From assembly GCA_963716305.1 (NCBI GenBank), contig CAVQTB010000004.1, forward strand, positions 10,919 through 74,918: 64,000 nt of DNA, in the 5' to 3' direction. The stretch is from an uncultured Actinomycetes bacterium (lineage in GTDB: Bacteria; Actinomycetota; Thermoleophilia; Gaiellales; Gaiellaceae). Position 1 is the stretch's first letter, and each line of letters opens with the position of its first letter. The notes under the pieces were generated by a model. The model made no database searches. It was not told where the DNA came from and was given only the letters and a program-made list of their open reading frames with translations. The translations under genes were made by a program, and so were the position numbers. Shown piece by piece: positions 1 to 10,765 of this stretch.

Positions 1-1226
<1,226 letters not shown>

Positions 1227-1230
<4 letters not shown>

Positions 1231-2642
1231 CGCAGGCGCTCCGGGACCGGGTCGAAGCCGATCGCGCCCTCGAGGGCGTGCGCGACGCGGAAGAGCAGGT
1301 TCTCCGAGAACTGCGGGCCGATCAGCTGGAGGCCGACCGGAAGGCCGTCCGAGAGCCCGCATGGAATCGAGAGCCCCGGCAACCCCGCCATGTTCGAGGG
1401 GATCGTCAGCACGTCGGTGAGGTACATCGCAAGCGGGTCCTGCGCCTTCGCGCCGAGCGGAAACGCAGTCGTCGCGCAGGTCGGAGAGACGAGGACGTCG
1501 AAGCGCTCGAAGAGGGCCTCGTGCTCGCGCTTGATCAGCGTGCGCACCTTCTGGGCCGAGGCGTAGTACGCGTCGTAGTAGCCCGACGAGAGCGCGTACG
1601 TGCCGAGCATGATCCGGCGTTTGGGCTCGTCGCCGAAGCCGTCATGGCGCGTGCGCATGATCATCTCGCGGAAGTCGGCGCCGTCGGAACGCGGCCCGTA
1701 GCGGACTCCGTCGTAGCGGCCGAGGTTGGACGAGGCCTCGGCGGGCGCGATCAGGTAGTAGCAGGCAAGGCCGTAGTCGACCGAGAGCGGGAGCTCGCAG
1801 CTCTCGAGGCTGGCTCCTAGCGCCTCGGCGTGCGTGAGCGCCGCGTCGACGGCGGCCTTGACGCCGGGCTCGATGCCGTCGACGTCGTTCAGCTGCCGCG
1901 GGCGGCCGATCCGCAGGCCGGAGAGGTCCTCGTCCAGCGGCAGCTCGACCGGCGGGACGTCGACCGTCGTCGAGTCGTGCTCGTCGCGGCCGCTGATGAT
2001 GCGGTAGAGGAGCGCGTTGTCCCGCACCGTGCGCGACACGGGACCGACCTGGTCGAGGCTCGAGGCGAACGCGACGATCCCGTAGCGCGAGACCGTGCCG
2101 TACGTCGGTCGCAGGCCCACGTTCCCGCAGAACGCCGAGGGAAGCTTGACGGAGCCGCCCGTATCCGAGCCGAGCGCCCACGGCGCGAGGCCCGCGGAGA
2201 CCGCGGCCGCCGAGCCGCCGCCGGAGCCGCCCGGCACACGGGTCGGATCCCACGGGTTCCGGGTCGGCCCGTACGCCGAGTTCTCCGTCGACGAGCCCAT
2301 CGCGAACTCGTCCGTGTTCGTCTTGCCGAGGACTGGCATCGACGCCGCCTTGCAGCGCGCGGCCACGGTCGAGTCGAAGACCGGGACGTAGTTGTCGAGG
2401 ATCTTCGAGCCGGCGGTCGTGCGGATCCCCAGCGTCGAGATCACGTCCTTGAGCGCAATCGGCACGCCCTCGCCTTCCGGTTCCTCGACGAGCGTGAGGA
2501 ATGCGTGCAGCTCGGGATCGCGCTCGTCGATCGCGGCGCGGTAGGCATCCCAGAGCTCTCGCGAGGAGACCTCGCCGCGGTCGATCAGGTCGAGAGCGGC
2601 CTCGGCGGTGAGACGCAGCGTGTCGATGCCGCCGGCGCTCAT
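1227..2642 (-). CDS. gatA: Glu-tRNA(Gln) amidotransferase subunit A (amidase signature family)
   Basis: ORF 1227..2885. Amidase signature GGSSGGSAAAVSAG...GSDTGGSVKLPSAFCG. The sensible start is MSAGGIDTLRL at 2642; the upstream 81 codons look like non-coding read-through. Confidence 0.93.
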
Positions 2643-2832
2643 CCCGCCCTCCTCCTGCGTGCCCTCCCACGTGCCCCCAGGGGGGCGGCCGGCCCCCTGC
2701 CACAAGCGTCGCACACCGGCTGTGACACCCGTGTGCCCGATGTGTGACGAATGCGTGCCGGCTCTTGGCGGCCGGTCACCTCGGGCCAGCGCCCGGACTC
2801 CTTCCTTCTCGTTCCGCCTGTCACGCGCAAGC

Positions 2833-3114
2833 TCAGGCGGGCGGTGAGCGGAAGTAGTCACCCTCGCGATCAGGAGCGTTTGCAAACGCCTCGTCGAGGG
2901 TCAACGAGACGTGCGGCTCGTCCTCTGCCCAGGCGTTCGCGATCTCGAGCGGATGCGCGGTCGGCGGCACGTCCGAGAGGTCGAGCTCGGACACCTTCGA
3001 GACCGCCTCCAGAATTGCCGAGAGCTGCTCCTGGAAGCGCGTCACCTCATCCTCGTCGAGCTCGAGTCGCGCGAGCCGCGCGACGTGCAGGACTTCCTCC
3101 CGTGTGATCGCCAT
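2833..3114 (-). CDS. gatC: Glu-tRNA(Gln) amidotransferase subunit C
   Basis: ORF 2833..3165. From internal Met: MAITREEVLHVARLARLELDEDEV...FQEQLSAILE, typical GatC; sits upstream of gatA. Confidence 0.88.
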   Translation of the reverse strand: MAITREEVLHVARLARLELDEDEVTRFQEQLSAILEAVSKVSELDLSDVPPTAHPLEIANAWAEDEPHVSLTLDEAFANAPDREGDYFRSPPA

Positions 3115-3159
3115 GTCCTGATCCTCGCAGAATCGATTTCCCGCCTCGCTCTCCTTCGG

Positions 3160-3191
3160 CCCCAAAACGAAGGGCTCCTTTCGGAGCCCCT
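3160..3191 (-). terminator. Rho-independent terminator candidate after cspA
   Basis: On the minus strand: GGGGCTCC-GAAA-GGAGCCC hairpin followed by TTCGTTTTGG, about 25 nt after the cspA stop. Confidence 0.55.
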
Positions 3192-3216
3192 CGCGTTCAC
3201 GGTTCCGAAAAGAAAG

Positions 3217-3417
3217 CTAGGCCGCCGAAACGTTCGCCGCCTGCAGGCCCTTGTCGCCCTGCACAACTTCGAACGAGACACGCTGACCCTCGGTCAACGT
3301 CTTGTAGCCGTCCATCGTGATTGCGGAGAAGTGGACGAAGACGTCATCGCCCCCCTCCCGCTCGATGAAGCCGTAACCCTTTTCGTTCGAGAACCACTTG
3401 ACGGTGCCTTCAGCCAA
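3217..3417 (-). CDS. cspA: Cold-shock protein (CspA family)
   Basis: 66 aa [33 protein letters not shown]...; RNP1/RNP2 motifs KGYGFI and VFVHF. Confidence 0.95.
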   Translation of the reverse strand: MAEGTVKWFSNEKGYGFIEREGGDDVFVHFSAITMDGYKTLTEGQRVSFEVVQGDKGLQAANVSAA

Positions 3418-3512
3418 ATCGACGTACTCCTTACTGGATGACTACGTCCGTCGACCGACGGGCGTGCAGCCGGCGCACCATACCACCCTCCGAGGCCGGT
3501 GGAAACCGCCCA

Positions 3513-4346
3513 TTAGGGGCATCCGAGCCTGGCGCAGCGGACGGCGTTCTCGAGCAGGCAGGCGATGGTCATCGGGCCGACACCGCCGGGCACGGGCGTC
3601 ATGTGCGACGCGATCTCGGCCACCTCCGGAGCGACGTCGCCGACGAGGCCCGACTCGGTGCGGTTCGTGCCCACGTCGACCACCGCGGCGCCCGGCTTGA
3701 CCATCTCCGGAGTCACGAGCCCGCCACGGCCGATCGCGACGACCAGGACATCCGCGGCGGCCGTCTCGCGCCCGAGGTCGCGCGTCCGCGAATGGCAGGT
3801 GGTGACTGTCGCGTTCCGCTGCAGCAGGAGGTGGATCAGCGGCTTGCCGACCCGGTCGCTTCGGCCGACGATCACCGCCCGCGCTCCCTCGAGCCGGATG
3901 TCGTACTCGTCGAGGAGCGCAATCACGCCGACGGCGGTCGCCGGGACGATTGCAGGTCGGCCACGGTAGAGCTGACCGGCGTTCAGCGGATGGAAGCCGT
4001 CGACGTCCTTGATCGGGTCGACTGCATCCGTGACCCGGACCTCGTCGATGCCGGCCGGGAGCGGCGTCTGGACGAGGACGGCGTGGATGGTGTCGTCGGC
4101 GTTGAGCTCGGCGATCAGCGCCAGCAGCTCGTCCTCGGTCGTCTTTGCGGGGAGCCTCCTGTCGACGGGGCGGATGCCCGCCTCGACCGCGGCCTCGTGC
4201 TTGAGCCGGATGTAGACCTCGGAGGCAGGGTCGTCGCCGACGAGAACGGTCGCGAGCCCGATCTCGCCGAACGCTCGCACCTCCTCGGCAACCCGCGCGC
4301 GGATGCGGCTCGCAAGCGCCTTGCCGTCCATCAACATCGCCGCCAT
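3513..4346 (-). CDS. folD: Bifunctional methylenetetrahydrofolate dehydrogenase/cyclohydrolase
   Basis: 277 aa; LVGDDPASEVYIRLKHEA..., VIVGRSDRVGKPL, PVPGGVGPMTIACLLEN, all typical FolD blocks. Confidence 0.93.
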   Translation of the reverse strand: MAAMLMDGKALASRIRARVAEEVRAFGEIGLATVLVGDDPASEVYIRLKHEAAVEAGIRPVDRRLPAKTTEDELLALIAELNADDTIHAVLVQTPLPAGIDEVRVTDAVDPIKDVDGFHPLNAGQLYRGRPAIVPATAVGVIALLDEYDIRLEGARAVIVGRSDRVGKPLIHLLLQRNATVTTCHSRTRDLGRETAAADVLVVAIGRGGLVTPEMVKPGAAVVDVGTNRTESGLVGDVAPEVAEIASHMTPVPGGVGPMTIACLLENAVRCARLGCP

Positions 4347-4375
4347 CAGGGGAGCGAACCTATACGTTCCGCACG

Positions 4376-5560
4376 ATGCGCTGGCCCAGGAAGAACGACC
4401 CGGACTCGATCCGCGCGCGTCAGGAGATCGTCGGCGTCAACGGTCTCGTGACGTCGGTCGACCTCGAGCCGTTCACCGGCGCCGCCGAGGCGTTGACGGG
4501 CGTCGCGGTGATCCCGGTCTCGGTCTGTCCGATCACGATCGAGCTCGGGGAGTACGAGCTCACCGATGCGGGCGACGTCGTCGAGACCGGCCGCGCCGAG
4601 GAGACGGTGCACGTCCCGCTCGCGCACACCGAGGGCAGCCTGACGCTCTCGATGACCCGGGGCTCGACGGCTGCGGGGCGCGTCCGCACCTTCGTGCTCG
4701 CCGACCGCATCACGCGTGCCTCCTGCTTCGTCTGCCGCGACGCCGCCGAGGCGATCGCGCTCGCCGGCTGGGTCGAGGCCGAGCTGCCCGCGATGCGACA
4801 CTGGCTCACGTCCTCGGACGATCCGACGCTGTCGCGCCGCGCACGGCTGCGCGAGGTGAAGACGCACGTCGTCGGCCCGATGTGTCACGTCCTCTGGGCC
4901 TGGACGACCGGCGACGCCGTCGGACCGAACATGATGACCCGCAACGCCTACGCGCTCAATATGGGCTACGTGATGGAACGGGCGCCGGTGAGGCCCGAGC
5001 GGGCGATCCTCGAGGCGAACATGGGCGGCGACAAGAAGCCGTCGTACGAGTACTTTCACTCGGGGCACGGCAAGACGGTGCTCGCCGAGGCCTTCCTCGC
5101 CGACGAGCGGATCGAGCGTGTGCTGCGGACGACGGCGGCCGATCTCGAGGCGCTCTCGTGGGCGGGCACCCACGGCTCGATCGCCTCCGGGATGCAGTCG
5201 GTCGCCTTCACGCCGGCCTCCGCGATCGCCGCCGTCTTCGCCGCGACGGGCCAGGACCTCGGCATGGTCGGCACGTCGTCGATGGCGCACGGCACGGGAC
5301 GGCGCGTCGACGGGGGGCTCCAGGCGACGATCCGCTTCGCCGGCCTCGAGGTCGGCACGGTCGGAGGCGGCACGACGCTTCCGTCGGCCAGCGACTGGCT
5401 CGCCTCGATCGGCTGCGCCGGCGCCGGCAAGGTCTACCGCCTCGCGCAGATCGTGGCGGCGGCCGCGCTGTGCCTCGAGATCAGCGCGTCCGCCGCGATG
5501 GCCACGGCCGGAAGCGCCGAGTTCTTCAAGGCCCACCACGAGCGCGGCGGCCTTCGGTAG
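4376..5560 (+). CDS. HMG-CoA reductase class I-like catalytic domain protein (soluble, orphan)
   Basis: 394 aa. Blocks match the class-I HMGR catalytic core as I recall it: HTEGSL (catalytic Glu block), TGDAVGPNMMT (DAMGMNM block), GGDKKPS...GHGKTV (DKK Lys block), LEVGTVGGGT, and C-terminal FFKAHHER (His block). Confidence 0.7.
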   Translation: MRWPRKNDPDSIRARQEIVGVNGLVTSVDLEPFTGAAEALTGVAVIPVSVCPITIELGEYELTDAGDVVETGRAEETVHVPLAHTEGSLTLSMTRGSTAAGRVRTFVLADRITRASCFVCRDAAEAIALAGWVEAELPAMRHWLTSSDDPTLSRRARLREVKTHVVGPMCHVLWAWTTGDAVGPNMMTRNAYALNMGYVMERAPVRPERAILEANMGGDKKPSYEYFHSGHGKTVLAEAFLADERIERVLRTTAADLEALSWAGTHGSIASGMQSVAFTPASAIAAVFAATGQDLGMVGTSSMAHGTGRRVDGGLQATIRFAGLEVGTVGGGTTLPSASDWLASIGCAGAGKVYRLAQIVAAAALCLEISASAAMATAGSAEFFKAHHERGGLR

Positions 5561-5586
5561 AGACGGTCCTCGGGCCTTCGCCCGGG

Positions 5587-6480
5587 TTACCAGCCGCGCG
5601 TCTCGAGCAGCTCGTTCGGGTCGAGCGTCGCGGTCGAGATCCCGACCATCGGCTCGCCGAGCCCGGCCGACACGCGCGCGAGCACGTCGGCATCGAGGTA
5701 GTGCGTGGTCGCCTCGACGATCGCGCGTGCGCGCTGCTCGGGATCGCCAGACTTGAAGATCCCCGAGCCGACGAAGACGCCGTCGGCGCCGAGCTGCATG
5801 CAGAGCGCCGCGTCGGCCGGCGTCGCGATCCCGCCGGCCGTGAACGTGACCACGGGGAGCTTCCCGTTGGCCGCGACCCAGCGGACGAGCTCGACCGGCG
5901 CGCGCAGCTCCTTCGCCTCGGAATAGAGCTCCTCGTCACGCATCGACTGGAGCCGGCGGATGGCACCGAAGACGGCACGCATGTGCGTGACGGCGTTGAC
6001 GATGTCGCCCGTGCCGGCCTCGCCCTTCGTGCGGATCATCGCCGCGCCTTCGGCGATCCGCCGTAGCGCCTCGCCGAGGTTCGTCGCGCCGCAGACGAAC
6101 GGCACTGTGAAGTCCCACTTGTTCACATGGTGGGAGAGGTCGGCCGGCGTCAGCACCTCCGACTCGTCGATGTAGTCGATCTCGAGCGCCTGCAGGATCT
6201 GCGCCTCGGCGAAGTGACCGATCCGGCACTTCGCCATCACCGGGATCGTCACCGCTTCCTGGATCTCCTTGATCTTCTCGGGATCCGACATGCGCGCGAC
6301 GCCGCCCTGCACCCGGATGTCGGCGGGGACCCGCTCGAGCGCCATCACCGCGACGGCTCCGGCCTCCTCGGCGATCTTCGCCTGACCGGCGTCGACGACG
6401 TCCATGATCACGCCGCCCTTCAGCATCTCGGCGAGCCCGCTCTTGACCCGCATCGTGCCGACCTCGTGCATGGCGGCCAT
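5587..6480 (-). CDS. pdxS: Pyridoxal 5'-phosphate synthase lyase subunit PdxS
   Basis: 297 aa; [18 protein letters not shown]...[17 protein letters not shown]...[34 protein letters not shown], canonical PdxS. Confidence 0.95.
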   Translation of the reverse strand: MAAMHEVGTMRVKSGLAEMLKGGVIMDVVDAGQAKIAEEAGAVAVMALERVPADIRVQGGVARMSDPEKIKEIQEAVTIPVMAKCRIGHFAEAQILQALEIDYIDESEVLTPADLSHHVNKWDFTVPFVCGATNLGEALRRIAEGAAMIRTKGEAGTGDIVNAVTHMRAVFGAIRRLQSMRDEELYSEAKELRAPVELVRWVAANGKLPVVTFTAGGIATPADAALCMQLGADGVFVGSGIFKSGDPEQRARAIVEATTHYLDADVLARVSAGLGEPMVGISTATLDPNELLETRGW

Positions 6481-6486
6481 GCTAGC

Positions 6487-6831
6487 TCAGGGCCTCGGCA
6501 GGTCCGGATCGTCGGCGATCGTGAGGTCGACCTCCTCTTCCTCCCCGACGTCGCCCTCGTCCACGCCGCCGCTCTCCTCCTCGGCGTCGCCCTCGAGCTC
6601 GCCCGCCTCGCCTTCCTCCTCGTCCTCCTCGGGCTCGGCCGGGAGCACGTTCGGAGGCGTGGCCTTCAGGTACTTGCGCTCGCCGTCCTCGAACTCGAGC
6701 GTGACCATCGGCCGCCGGTCGTCGCCGATGATCAGCTCGTAGCTGTCGACGACCGTCGCCGGTTCGTGGTTGTCGCCTGTCTCGTCGCGCGATGCAAGCA
6801 CCTTGTCGCCGACGCTGTAGAGCTGTGCCAT
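6487..6831 (-). CDS. Hypothetical protein with strongly acidic C-terminal tail
   Basis: 114-aa ORF, GC3-rich codons. Plausible folded N-terminal half, then an E/D-rich tail. Co-directional and 6 nt upstream of pdxS. Confidence 0.5.
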   Translation of the reverse strand: MAQLYSVGDKVLASRDETGDNHEPATVVDSYELIIGDDRRPMVTLEFEDGERKYLKATPPNVLPAEPEEDEEEGEAGELEGDAEEESGGVDEGDVGEEEEVDLTIADDPDLPRP

Positions 6832-6877
6832 GGCGCCAAGTATCGCAAAGCGCCTCCGTCCGTCCGGATGAGGAGGC

Positions 6878-7049
6878 GGCTAGTGCCCCTTCAGGCAATA
6901 CACGCCATCACCTCCGGCGGCCTGAAGCCGCGCCATGCTGCGTCCTCGGTCGCGCCAATAGCTCGACTATTGGCGCTCCCTGCGTCCTTGCCTGGCACGT
7001 CTTCCGACTCGCCGGACTCGGGGGCGCATTACCTGAAGGGGCACTAGCC
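6878..7049. repeat. 172-nt long imperfect palindrome (structured RNA or MITE-like element)
   Basis: The 22-nt arms ggctagtgccccttcaggcaat (6878-6899) and attacctgaaggggcactagcc (7028-7049) are reverse complements with one mismatch. A perfect 10-bp hairpin gcgccaatag/ctattggcgc (6952-6976) sits exactly at the centre. Confidence 0.6.
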
Positions 7050-8849
7050 GACGAGGGCCGACAACTGGCGCCGGGGGGTGACCGCCGGCACGTCCTCGAG
7101 CAGGGCATCGACGACGACCGGATCGAACTGCCTGCCCGCGCACTGCAGGAGCTCGTCGCGGGCAGAGGCCGTGGAGTGGGCGCTCGAGAACGGACGGTCG
7201 TTCGTCATCGCGTCCCACGCGTCGGCGACGGCGATGATCCGGGAGCCGAGCGGGATGCGCTCGCCGGCGAGGCCCGACGGGTGGCCCGTGCCGTCCCAGT
7301 GCTCGTGCTGGTGGAGCACCCACAGCGGCACCGGCTCGATGTCGAGCGGGACGAGCATCCCCTGGCCGACCCGGGAATGGCCGTCGAGGATGCGCTGCTC
7401 GTCGGGCGAGAGCGATTCCGCTTTGCGCAGGATTTCCTCGGGCACGGCCAGCTTGCCGATGTCGTGGAGCCTGCCGGCGAGCCGGATCAGCTCGATCTCC
7501 TCCTCGCGCAGGCCGAGCCGGACGGCGATCTCCGCCGACAGGTCGCCGACCCGCGTCGAGTGGCTTCCCTCGTAGGCATCGCGGGCATCGACCGCTCCGG
7601 CGAGCGCCGCGGCGGCCTGTAGCCGCGCGGCCCGGTCCGGAGCGCGCGTCAGGCGACGGAGCTGCGTGACGGCAGGCATGTCGGGGCGGTAGATGCAGAC
7701 GCGGTTCTTGCCCTCGCCCTTCGCCCAGTAGAGGGCGATGTCGGCCACGCGCACGAGCGCGCCCCTGTCGTCCGAGTGGAACGGGTAGGTGGCGATCCCG
7801 GCTGACAGCGTGAGCGGGCCGCCCTGCTCCCAGCTTTCCTCGGCGAGCGCCCGGATCACCTCGCCGGCGGCGACGGCCACGTCGTCCGGGCCCTGCTTCG
7901 GGATCACGACGGCGAACTCGTCGCCGCCGAGCCTGAACGCCTCGCCGAGCCCGCGGAGGCGCGCGGCGACGTGCGCGAGCACGCGGTCTCCGGCCGGGTG
8001 ACCGTAGCGATCGTTGATCCGCTTGAAGTCGTCGAGGTCGAGCAGGCAGACCGTCAGCGGGGTTTTCTCGAGCGAGGCCTGCTCGAGGTGCACCTGCACC
8101 TGCTCCTGGAAGTACCGGTGATTGCCGAGGCCGGTGAGGGGGTCCGTGTGCGCGAGCCTCATCGCGCGCAGCGCGTTGTGGGTAGAGCGCTGGTGCAGCG
8201 CGACCGCGACGAGCGGGCCTGTGAGCGCGAGCGCGAACACCGGCGACTGCAGCCAGAGCACGACGAGCGCGAGGCTGACCGAGGCCATGATCGCGAACGT
8301 CGCAGCGGTGCCGATCGCGGCCGAGCGCAGGAGCGGCAGAAACGGCTCACGGGTCCAGCGCGCGAGGATCGCGGCCACGAGCGGGATGTCGACGGCGTAG
8401 AACGCCGTCGCCCCGGCTACCACCTCGAGCGCGAGCAGCACCGGGTCCTCGGGGTTCGCGAAGGGCGACATCGCGAGCCCGGCGGCTCCCGCAGCGAGCG
8501 CGAAGACCGCCCCGTTGTAGACGAGCTTGACCACGGGCCTACGCTCGATCACCTCGAGCGTCACCCGCGTCAGGACGGCCACCGCGACACCGGCCGGCCA
8601 GCCGTAGAGGATGCCTGCGCTGAGGATGAAGACCGCGGCGAGCGACAGGCGCCCGCCGGGCAGGTTCTCGACGGGAACAGGCGACGCCTCGAAGAAGAGC
8701 GCCGCCAGGAGCAGTGCCGTGACGCCCGCCGCCGCCTCGAGCGACGGGGGCGACACGACTGCCTGCCAACCCGCCGCGACGACGGTGGCAGCCCCCCCAA
8801 GCGCTACCGGAAGCAGCACCGGAAACAGATACCGAGTCTCCCGACTCAC
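7044..8849 (-). CDS. Membrane sensor with GGDEF diguanylate cyclase and HD-GYP phosphodiesterase domains
   Basis: 601 aa. Multi-TM N-terminus; DPLTGLGNHRYF...RLGGDEFAV (GGDEF); then HSTRV...RLHDIGKLAVP...HQHEHWDGTGHPSGL (HD-GYP type). Confidence 0.88.
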   Translation of the reverse strand: MSRETRYLFPVLLPVALGGAATVVAAGWQAVVSPPSLEAAAGVTALLLAALFFEASPVPVENLPGGRLSLAAVFILSAGILYGWPAGVAVAVLTRVTLEVIERRPVVKLVYNGAVFALAAGAAGLAMSPFANPEDPVLLALEVVAGATAFYAVDIPLVAAILARWTREPFLPLLRSAAIGTAATFAIMASVSLALVVLWLQSPVFALALTGPLVAVALHQRSTHNALRAMRLAHTDPLTGLGNHRYFQEQVQVHLEQASLEKTPLTVCLLDLDDFKRINDRYGHPAGDRVLAHVAARLRGLGEAFRLGGDEFAVVIPKQGPDDVAVAAGEVIRALAEESWEQGGPLTLSAGIATYPFHSDDRGALVRVADIALYWAKGEGKNRVCIYRPDMPAVTQLRRLTRAPDRAARLQAAAALAGAVDARDAYEGSHSTRVGDLSAEIAVRLGLREEEIELIRLAGRLHDIGKLAVPEEILRKAESLSPDEQRILDGHSRVGQGMLVPLDIEPVPLWVLHQHEHWDGTGHPSGLAGERIPLGSRIIAVADAWDAMTNDRPFSSAHSTASARDELLQCAGRQFDPVVVDALLEDVPAVTPRRQLSALVG

Positions 8850-8924
8850 GCGAACCGCGTCGTCCCCCTCCTCCGTTCCGCGCTCAGCCGCCGGGGCTGG
8901 AGCGCGTCCTCGCTCATTTCCCTG

Positions 8925-9074
8925 CTACCAGTGAAGGCCGAGCGGCCGGAAAGCGGCTCCGAGTGCGGCGATGACGAAAGCCACCGTCACCGCAACCGGC
9001 GTGAGCCGCGCCTTCCAGCTCACGACCCGAACCTTCGCAGTCGGCCGTGCCTCGTGGATGTCCTTGGAGATCAT
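8925..9074 (-). CDS. Possible 49-aa small membrane protein upstream of the GGDEF gene
   Basis: My own reading: ATG at 9072-9074, MISKDIHEARPTAKVRVVSWKARLTPVAVTVAFVIAALGAAFRPLGLHW, stop at 8925-8927. One hydrophobic helix. Too short for the ORF track. Confidence 0.25.
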   Translation of the reverse strand: MISKDIHEARPTAKVRVVSWKARLTPVAVTVAFVIAALGAAFRPLGLHW

Positions 9075-9244
9075 GGCCCGGATTCAAGCGATTCCCGAGC
9101 GCGCCAGCGCCCCCCATTCGAGGGATCCTGGCCTCCAACTACCCGTTCGGGGGATCCGGCTCGGATGCCCCACGCAGCGACGCCGAAATCCCGCTTCGCC
9201 AGGGCGAATCGCGCTTCTCGCGGGCAAACCGTTACGCTGACGAC

Positions 9245-9835
9245 GTGGCAGAGAAGGAGCCGCTGGCTCGGATCACGGGCCGGTACGTGCGGGCAGCGGG
9301 CGTCGCGATCCAGAAGGAGCGCGAGCGTCGCGCCGCCGAGTCGGAGCAGCGCGCTGCAGCAGAGGCCGAGGCGGCCAAGGCCGCGCAGGCTGCCGCACCA
9401 CCCCCCGCCGCGCCCCCGCCACCGGCCGCCGCCCCTCCGGCCGGCCGCGCGGCACGGAGTCCCGCGACCGGCCTCGAGCCGAAGCCGATGCTCGATCGGG
9501 TGATCTGGTTCGGCTTCCTGATCTCGCTCGTGGCGGTCTGCCTCGTCGCGCTCCAGATCCAGATGGTGACCTCCGGGTCGGTTCGCCTCGGAATCCGGCT
9601 CGCACTCGGAGGCATCCTGATTGTGACGGCGCTCGCGCTGCTCACGAACTGGCAGGAGTCGAAGCAGCGGCTGATCGCGATCTTCTTCAGGAAGTTCTGG
9701 GGAGTCGAGGGTCACGAGACGAGCACCGGCCGCGTTGTCACCCACATCGCCAAGGACTGGATGCTGTCGCTCGTCGGCATCGTCTGGCTCGCGCTCGGCG
9801 TCTTCGAGCTCCTCCGCGGCTTCGTCAATCCCTGA
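9245..9835 (+). CDS. Hypothetical membrane protein with Ala/Pro-rich N-terminal region
   Basis: In ORF 9047..9835. The C-terminal 120 aa contain three or four hydrophobic helices (MLDRVIWFGFLISLVAVCLVAL...). Start uncertain: GTG at 9245 or a later Met. Confidence 0.45.
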   Translation: MAEKEPLARITGRYVRAAGVAIQKERERRAAESEQRAAAEAEAAKAAQAAAPPPAAPPPPAAAPPAGRAARSPATGLEPKPMLDRVIWFGFLISLVAVCLVALQIQMVTSGSVRLGIRLALGGILIVTALALLTNWQESKQRLIAIFFRKFWGVEGHETSTGRVVTHIAKDWMLSLVGIVWLALGVFELLRGFVNP

Positions 9836-9936
9836 CCGACCGCCTCGGCACGAGCCGCAGTCGGTGCGAATCCGTACAAATCCGCAAGGCCGAATCCGCG
9901 ACAAACCGTCATGAGTTTGTGCAATAGTCCCGTGCC

Positions 9937-10740
9937 ATGATTTCCGGGCGGTCGAGGCTCGTGCTCACCCTGGCGATGGTTGCGCTGCTCGCGCCCGGAG
10001 CTCTGGTTGCGTACGGCAAGACGGCGAAAACGCACCACTCGGCAGCCGGCATACCGGGCCTGCCCGGGGCCGTCGGCCTCAAAGAAGGCGACCTGAGCGC
10101 CTTGCCGGGCGATCCCGTCGCAGGGCTCGCCGTCTTCCGCGCCTTCTGCGCGGGCTGCCACAACTTCAGGGCCGCCGGCCTGCAAGGGAACTACAAGAGC
10201 GGCTCCGACCTCGACCACCGCAAGCCGACGTTCGCGAAGATCGTGACGCTGATCGTGCAGGGCGGCGGAGGCGGTGCACCGTCAAAGCAGCTCCTGCAGG
10301 AGCTCACGTACCAGCAGATCTACGACGTGGCGAAGTTCGTCGCCCTGTACGCGGGCAAGCCCGGTCCGGTGAAGGGCGCGAGCCTGAAGCCGCCGATGCC
10401 GCTCGAGCTGGCGGCGCCGCTCAACCCCGCGGGCGGCGGTTCGAGCGCCGAGCCGGAGGGCCATTTCACCGCGACGCTGAGCGGGACGGCGCTTCGCTGG
10501 AAGATCGTCATCCGGGGCGGGATGGGCCCGAAGATGCCCCTGACCAAGATCGAGTTCGGCCCGGCCAACGGGACGCTCAAGGAGCTCACGCTCGACTGCG
10601 AGCGGTGCATTCAGCCGGGCGAAGGGTTCGTCCTGCTCACGAAGGCCCAGGCCAAAGCGCTCGGAACGGGCCGGGCGCTCCTCGTCGTCCACGAGCCGAA
10701 TGGCTCGCTCAGCGGGCGCATCAAGGCCGAGGCGTCCTAG
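9937..10740 (+). CDS. Exported c-type cytochrome domain protein
   Basis: 267 aa. Signal-like N-terminus, haem-binding CAGCH motif, C-terminal beta-rich domain of unclear family. Confidence 0.7.
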   Translation: MISGRSRLVLTLAMVALLAPGALVAYGKTAKTHHSAAGIPGLPGAVGLKEGDLSALPGDPVAGLAVFRAFCAGCHNFRAAGLQGNYKSGSDLDHRKPTFAKIVTLIVQGGGGGAPSKQLLQELTYQQIYDVAKFVALYAGKPGPVKGASLKPPMPLELAAPLNPAGGGSSAEPEGHFTATLSGTALRWKIVIRGGMGPKMPLTKIEFGPANGTLKELTLDCERCIQPGEGFVLLTKAQAKALGTGRALLVVHEPNGSLSGRIKAEAS

Positions 10741-10765
10741 CGGCCCGCGCCGCGCCGGGACTCCC

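Noticed and set aside
2643-2832. Unusually long (190 nt) spacer between gatC and gatA; considered as a possible ncRNA or leader.
   Set aside because: I found no convincing conserved structure or motif by eye, and both flanking genes have normal termini. Noted only as slightly atypical operon spacing.
5561-5586. Short hairpin cgggc-cttc-gcccg between the convergent HMGR-like and pdxS genes, considered as a bidirectional terminator.
   Set aside because: The stem is only 5 bp and there is no U-tract on either strand. This is too weak to call.
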